DNA of 64,000 bases from Pseudomonadota bacterium (lineage in GTDB: Bacteria; Pseudomonadota; Alphaproteobacteria; Micavibrionales; UBA2020). Below, piece after piece: positions 59,551-64,000 of this stretch. Made by a program: the position numbers and the translations under genes. Position 1 is the stretch's first letter; every line of letters starts with the position of its first letter. The stretch spans positions 581 through 64,580 of the forward strand of contig JAEXMB010000033.1 of NCBI GenBank assembly GCA_023444705.1, written 5' to 3'. The notes under the pieces were generated by a model. It saw only the letters and a program-made list of their open reading frames with translations. It made no database searches and was not told where the DNA came from.

Positions 59551-60743
59551 GCGCCATTGCTCCCGCCTGCGGGTGCCAGCTTGAAGCAAGGCATCGGCGT
59601 TCCGATGCGATGGCGGCCAAACGCTGACCTGACCCTGCCGAGATCGACCTGCGCCTGCAGGTGTTGTGGTAATTGTCCGTGCATAGCCGCCGCCAGTGCG
59701 AAATCGCCGCGCCATGCCGCAGGATCAAAGGCCTGCGCCAGTTCCCCCCGCACGGCCAGCACCTCGGCCAGCGTGGCGCCATGTTCGTCTTGCGCTTGCA
59801 ACAGGTTGATGCCCGCCTGCGGCAACAGCGGCGCAACCACGCGCAGAAACGCGCCGCTGCGCGTCAGCGCAAATGCGGCCTGCGCACCCTCGGCACTGTG
59901 CAGGCTCTGCGCTGCCAGCACGCGACAGCTATGCGCCAGTGTTTGCGCATCAAGCACTTGGTGATTATCTGCATGCACCCAGGCTTGCATCAGCTCGCGC
60001 ACGCGCGCCGCGCGCATATTATCTGCGCCTGCTTCTTCAAGAAGGGCGAGATGCGCGGCTTTTTGTGCTGCATCGGGGCGGTAGCCTCTCTCGTAAAGAT
60101 CGCGCAAAATCGCGTAGGCGTGCTTTTTCATTGCTACGTCGTACAACGTATGCGCGGGCAGGCCTTCTTGCAGCGCGATGGCCGCATCGTCCGCATATTC
60201 GTTGTGGGCGATGGCTTCCAGCGCCGCCAGCAGTGCATCGGCCATCGCTTTTTCATCCATGCCGGTGCGCAACTCCGCCGGTTTTTCCAGCGACGCGATA
60301 TAGGGTAATTCATGCAGCATGTGGCGAAACAGCACGGGTGCTGCGTTGACCATGTTACCCAGTACGCGCGGCATATGCATGACCTTGGCGCCGCACGCGA
60401 TCAGCCATTGCGCAACCTCCCAGCGGCTGTTTTCAAGCGCGCAGTGCATGGGGTATTGCGCGATAGTCACGGCAGGATTGCTGTCGTCGAACAGGAACCC
60501 GTCGACCTTCACACCCAGCGCATGCAAACGTTGCGCAACAGCCAGATGGCCTTTGGCGCAGGCCGCGGCCAAGGCATCCTCGCCAGCGGCGCGCACAATC
60601 GCGGGCTCTGCCGTGATCAGCTTTTGCAGGCCGTCAATGTCGTTGCCGTCCGCACAAGCGATCAGCATTTGCTTGCGCTGCGCCTGTGTTGTAGAGGCCA
60701 GCAGGAAATCAATTGTCGCTGTCGGAAGGTCTTGCGCGTTCAT
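59547..60743 (-). CDS. degenerate ankyrin-repeat protein with a shared C-terminal module
   Basis: ACADGNDIDGLQKLITAEPAIVRAAGEDALAAACAKGHLAVAQRLHALGVKVD. C-terminus GATLAEVLAVRGELAQAFDPAAWRGD...MPCFKLAPAGGSNGA. Confidence 0.65.
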   Translation of the reverse strand: MNAQDLPTATIDFLLASTTQAQRKQMLIACADGNDIDGLQKLITAEPAIVRAAGEDALAAACAKGHLAVAQRLHALGVKVDGFLFDDSNPAVTIAQYPMHCALENSRWEVAQWLIACGAKVMHMPRVLGNMVNAAPVLFRHMLHELPYIASLEKPAELRTGMDEKAMADALLAALEAIAHNEYADDAAIALQEGLPAHTLYDVAMKKHAYAILRDLYERGYRPDAAQKAAHLALLEEAGADNMRAARVRELMQAWVHADNHQVLDAQTLAHSCRVLAAQSLHSAEGAQAAFALTRSGAFLRVVAPLLPQAGINLLQAQDEHGATLAEVLAVRGELAQAFDPAAWRGDFALAAAMHGQLPQHLQAQVDLGRVRSAFGRHRIGTPMPCFKLAPAGGSNGA

Positions 60744-62245
60744 AGCTTGAACTGCCCGTTGCTGGCGCGCTGGCGTGCTTCGAGCGTATCCAGCTGGACC
60801 TTGTGCAACAACGCGTGGCGCGCTTGGGGCGGCAGATATTTATCGTCAATCACCGACAGTAGCGCGCGCAGCGGTGCAACCCTGCCTGTCCAGAAATCCG
60901 GCGACAGCAGGATATCAAGCTGCCCGCTGGCCGCTGCCAGGTCGACCAGCCGCACACCGGCGGGGTTTTTAGCTGTCCATACCACACTATCAGGCAGCGC
61001 GATCATTTCACGGCGCAACAGAATATCAAGAACGCGATGGCGCGCGGCGTGGTGCAGCAGGCCTTCGTAGCAGCCCTTGACGGTGGGAACATGCGGATCG
61101 CGATAGACCTGCGGCGCCAGCGCGGCATCATCGTCAAGTGTTTGTTGCGGCATCAGCCGAGCTGCATTGCGCGCGCGCAGGTTTTGGGTGCTGGCATCGA
61201 TGCGCGCAATCGTTTCAGCGCACAGATCGGGGCGAACCCATTGCCCGACCGCCTGGATTGCCGCCACGGGATTGGCGCCAGTGGCCAGCAACGTATCGAC
61301 AATGCCCATGCGGCGTTCGATTTCATCCGCGCGTGCATCGGCATGGGCGTCACGCGCGTTCAGTGCGGTGGCAAGGTTGCGCACGGCATGGCGGATGGCG
61401 GCATTGTCAAAAGCCAGCGGATCACCGCCAAAGCGCTGCGCAATGCGCGCGCATTCGATATTGTTTTTATCAAGCGCCGCCACAAGCATCTGGCCGATAT
61501 GATCGTCGTTGAGGTAGTCGATCCCATGATCGAGCAATGCCTGAAACGTGCGCGCATGGCCTTCGGCAGCCGCGCGGATGGCGATGTTGTGAAAGGCGTT
61601 GTTGAACGGCGAAAACACGCCATCCGCAGCGCTGAAATGCGCCGTAAGAATTTCAAGCGCGAGTTCCGCGCGGTTATTGGCACTGCAGGCATGCAGGTAG
61701 TTGACTAGCAGCTTGATCTTTTTTTCCGCCAGTTGCGGGCCAAGCCCGCAGGCAGGCGCAATCAATGCGCGCGCCAGCGCCGCATGGCCTTCGCGCACGG
61801 CCAGTCCGGCCAATGCCGCCTTTTCCTCGTAATTGGTATAGGCGGCATCACAGGCCGCAAGCCATGTCAGTGCCGCATCATTGTGCGCAATGACAGCACC
61901 CTGCCAGGCGGCGTGACACAGGCTGGCGATATCGCGGCGTTGTCCGTGCGTGTCGTAAAGTGCCGCCAGTACCGCGCTGTCGCCCTGCCCGCCGGCGGCG
62001 CGCCAAAGAATTTCCGCCGGTGCGGGCACGTTGTTTTCGGCGATGATGACCAGCGTATCGCGCAACGCGCGCGCGTCTTGTGCGGCAATCGCGCGCAATG
62101 CCGCATCAACGCGTGCCTGATGCGCGGCCGCCACCTGAAAGGGCAGACGCGAGCTGGGCGACAAACGTGTACGCGCGGCGCGGGAGCGCATGGGCCAAAT
62201 ACCGGAAAAACAAGTTAACTCAATGGGTTCGCGCAAGTCTTGCAT
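60740..62245 (-). CDS. degenerate ANK/helical-repeat protein with a shared C-terminal module ending FKL
   Basis: C-terminus GVRLVDLAAASGQLDILLSPDFWTGRV...RQRASNGQFKL. The start may instead be the internal ATG at 62191. Confidence 0.6.
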   Translation of the reverse strand: MQDLREPIELTCFSGIWPMRSRAARTRLSPSSRLPFQVAAAHQARVDAALRAIAAQDARALRDTLVIIAENNVPAPAEILWRAAGGQGDSAVLAALYDTHGQRRDIASLCHAAWQGAVIAHNDAALTWLAACDAAYTNYEEKAALAGLAVREGHAALARALIAPACGLGPQLAEKKIKLLVNYLHACSANNRAELALEILTAHFSAADGVFSPFNNAFHNIAIRAAAEGHARTFQALLDHGIDYLNDDHIGQMLVAALDKNNIECARIAQRFGGDPLAFDNAAIRHAVRNLATALNARDAHADARADEIERRMGIVDTLLATGANPVAAIQAVGQWVRPDLCAETIARIDASTQNLRARNAARLMPQQTLDDDAALAPQVYRDPHVPTVKGCYEGLLHHAARHRVLDILLRREMIALPDSVVWTAKNPAGVRLVDLAAASGQLDILLSPDFWTGRVAPLRALLSVIDDKYLPPQARHALLHKVQLDTLEARQRASNGQFKL

Positions 62246-62353
62246 AGTTATTTTGTTATGTCAACACAACCGGCTTTATTCTACGCAAGCCATTGAAAGT
62301 GGTGACTTTTACCCCCGTGCCGCCTAAACTGGTGAAAACGGGAGAAAAGCGCC

Positions 62354-62569
62354 ATGAATCCAACAGAAGTCAAACGCCTGCAAACCTACCTGCAGACCAA
62401 ATTCGGCAATACCAAGCTGACCCTCAACGTCCGCAAGGAAGATAAAAATTCGCTCGAGGTCATGCTGGCTGGCGAGTTCATCGGCACCATCTACCGCGAC
62501 GAAGACGAAGGCGATGTGTCTTACGACTTCAACATGGCCATTCTCGACATGGACCTGCCCGCCGCCTGA
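62354..62569 (+). CDS. DUF3126-like small conserved protein
   Basis: EVKRLQTYLQTKFGNTKLTLNVRKEDKNSLEVMLAGEFIGTIYRDEDEGDVSYDFNMAI matches my memory of this alphaproteobacterial family. GGGAGAA RBS. Confidence 0.75.
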   Translation: MNPTEVKRLQTYLQTKFGNTKLTLNVRKEDKNSLEVMLAGEFIGTIYRDEDEGDVSYDFNMAILDMDLPAA

Positions 62570-62606
62570 GCATCGCGGCCTCTGAATCACGACAAGGTCA
62601 GGGTTC

Positions 62607-63779
62607 ATGCGTCTTTACAACAAAACGTTGCGCGAGATTTGGGACGACCTGCCGTTGCCCTACCGCATCGTCGTGGTTGCGGGCGCACTGTTCATCGTCT
62701 TTACCCTGATCTTTTTGTTGTTTCTGACCGCATCGGGCCTTGGTCGCGCAATGAACGCGGGCAAGGGGCAGCTTGAAATCAACGCCGCGCGCGCCGTTGG
62801 CCTGCTCGATCCATCGATGGCCAGCGATGGTAAAACTATCAGTGCGCTGGCCTATACCAGCCTTGAAGCGCAAAACGGCATTCGCATCAGCCTTGCCACC
62901 ACCGGTTTTCCCTGCCAGCGCTGGCGTTGGAACCAGGATATTTTCGAAGAGCGCCGCGAAACGCTGCTCGCACCCGATGGCACCACCACGCTGTCACAGG
63001 GCATGACGCGCTATGAAACACCCGCCCTCGTCTACGATCCGCAAGACAGCGCCGCACCGTGGAAGATCTTCGCCTACCGCTATTTCTGGATGGGCAATGC
63101 CGATTTCGCGCAACGCTACAGCACCATTGTCATGCGCACCGCACCCGCCGTCACCGGCCCGTGGAGCAAGGAAGAATGGATATTGGGCACCGCGCCCGAC
63201 TATCCCCCGCCGCCCTATCAGGGACTGGTGCGCGCACATATCAATCCGATGAGCGCGCAATTGTCTGGCATCACCGGCTACGCACGGCCAAGCGTCGTTG
63301 AAGACCGCGGGGTTTTGCTGATGTCGCTTGCCGCATTCAAAGGCCCCGCCGATATCGAGCGCATCGTCCTGCTGGCCTCACTTGATCACGGCAAGCGCTG
63401 GGTTTACGCCGGCACGCTTCTCACGCGCGCGCAACTGGCGCAAATTGGCGCCTTTACGCGTATCAGCGGCGCTTCTCTGCTCAAGCAAGGTCAGGCGATC
63501 TATCTCGCGGCCGTTTTCGGCGATGCGCAGACCAGTGCCAACGGCACCTATCTTTTCCGCATCAGCGACCCCGCCAAGGCCAAGCTGGTCAGCAATGACA
63601 ACGGCGTGCCGGCACCCGTGCTGTTTATCGACCGCCAGTCCGCGGCCCCCACGCCCCAGGGCGGCGGCTATGCGGCATTTGACGAGAGCTGCCCCCTTGG
63701 CATCGTTACGTCGGAATATTCGGGCTTGCTCAACAACTACCGACTGTTCAGCACACTGGTCATGCCGGCAGGCAAATAA
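62607..63779 (+). CDS. membrane-anchored hypothetical protein (beta-rich ectodomain)
   Basis: N-terminal [24 protein letters not shown]. 390 aa. No catalytic motif recognised. Confidence 0.55.
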   Translation: MRLYNKTLREIWDDLPLPYRIVVVAGALFIVFTLIFLLFLTASGLGRAMNAGKGQLEINAARAVGLLDPSMASDGKTISALAYTSLEAQNGIRISLATTGFPCQRWRWNQDIFEERRETLLAPDGTTTLSQGMTRYETPALVYDPQDSAAPWKIFAYRYFWMGNADFAQRYSTIVMRTAPAVTGPWSKEEWILGTAPDYPPPPYQGLVRAHINPMSAQLSGITGYARPSVVEDRGVLLMSLAAFKGPADIERIVLLASLDHGKRWVYAGTLLTRAQLAQIGAFTRISGASLLKQGQAIYLAAVFGDAQTSANGTYLFRISDPAKAKLVSNDNGVPAPVLFIDRQSAAPTPQGGGYAAFDESCPLGIVTSEYSGLLNNYRLFSTLVMPAGK

Positions 63780-63802
63780 CAGACAGGATAGACGCACACG
63801 CT

Positions 63803-64000
63803 ATGGCTTCTCTTTACTTCAAATACGCCGCCATGAACTCCGGCAAGTCGACGCAACTGCTGCAGGCGCATTACAACTATGCGGAGCGCGGGATGAACCC
63901 TGTCGCCATGACTGCGGCCATCGACAACCGCAGCGGCCACGGCAAGATTTCATCGCGCCTTGGCATCGACAGCGCGGCCCGCACCTTCAGCGCAACGACA
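63803..64000 (+). CDS. tdk: thymidine kinase, 5' part (truncated by the window end)
   Basis: My translation: [55 protein letters not shown]. This closely parallels the E. coli Tdk N-terminus, including the P-loop MNxGKST. Confidence 0.85.
   Translation, partial: MASLYFKYAAMNSGKSTQLLQAHYNYAERGMNPVAMTAAIDNRSGHGKISSRLGIDSAARTFSATT

Noticed and set aside
1-64000. Search for CRISPR arrays, rRNA/tRNA genes, IS elements or transposases, and integrase/att repeats
   Set aside because: I noticed no regularly spaced direct repeats, no tRNA-like T-arm motifs in intergenic regions, no DDE or tyrosine/serine recombinase-like ORFs, and no shared sequence of 12 nt or more at the approximate prophage borders. 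Visual scanning cannot exclude short att sites.

Overview
GC-rich bacterial chromosomal segment, probably from a host-associated alphaproteobacterium; this is an inference from a DUF3126-type gene and a GTA-type head-tail gene order. It falls into four blocks. (i) 1-9.4 kb is a minus-strand sub-cluster of a Dot/Icm-type (type IVB) secretion system. It holds a DsbC-like oxidoreductase, a lytic transglycosylase, DotD, DotC, DotB, IcmT, a TcpQ/PilL-like secreted protein, two tandem paralogous Cys-motif proteins, and two tiny divergently transcribed paralogs. (ii) 9.6-19 kb mixes housekeeping genes (DUF606-type transporter, GNAT, HIT) with accessory genes. These are an ankyrin protein, three Gly/Ala-rich bilobed membrane proteins, and an atypical two-ring Clp/Hsp100 ATPase whose N-domain is non-canonical. 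(iii) 19-41.3 kb is a tailed-phage-derived element. It has a CI-like repressor with an apparently degenerate S24 dyad, a few early genes, a lysis cassette with overlapped spanins, a lambda-like tail tip, a GTA-like head/tail order, HK97-type capsid/protease/portal, and a large terminase. I saw no integrase, replication genes or att repeats. It carries eukaryote-like cargo (ankyrin, Sel1) inserted against the structural operon. (iv) 41.6-62.2 kb is a dense island of candidate secreted effectors. It contains at least 8 clear ankyrin-repeat proteins, three degenerate-ANK proteins sharing a C-terminal module, and two paralogous HExxH proteins with promoters placed for leaderless mRNAs. It also contains two secreted Cys-pair/Lys-Glu-tail paralogs and an FHA-membrane protein paired with a secreted trypsin-like protease. 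After the island come a TetR regulator, a DUF3126-like gene, a membrane-anchored protein and the 5' part of tdk. I recognised no rRNA, tRNA, CRISPR array or IS element. All family assignments come from motif recognition by eye and need profile searches to confirm.
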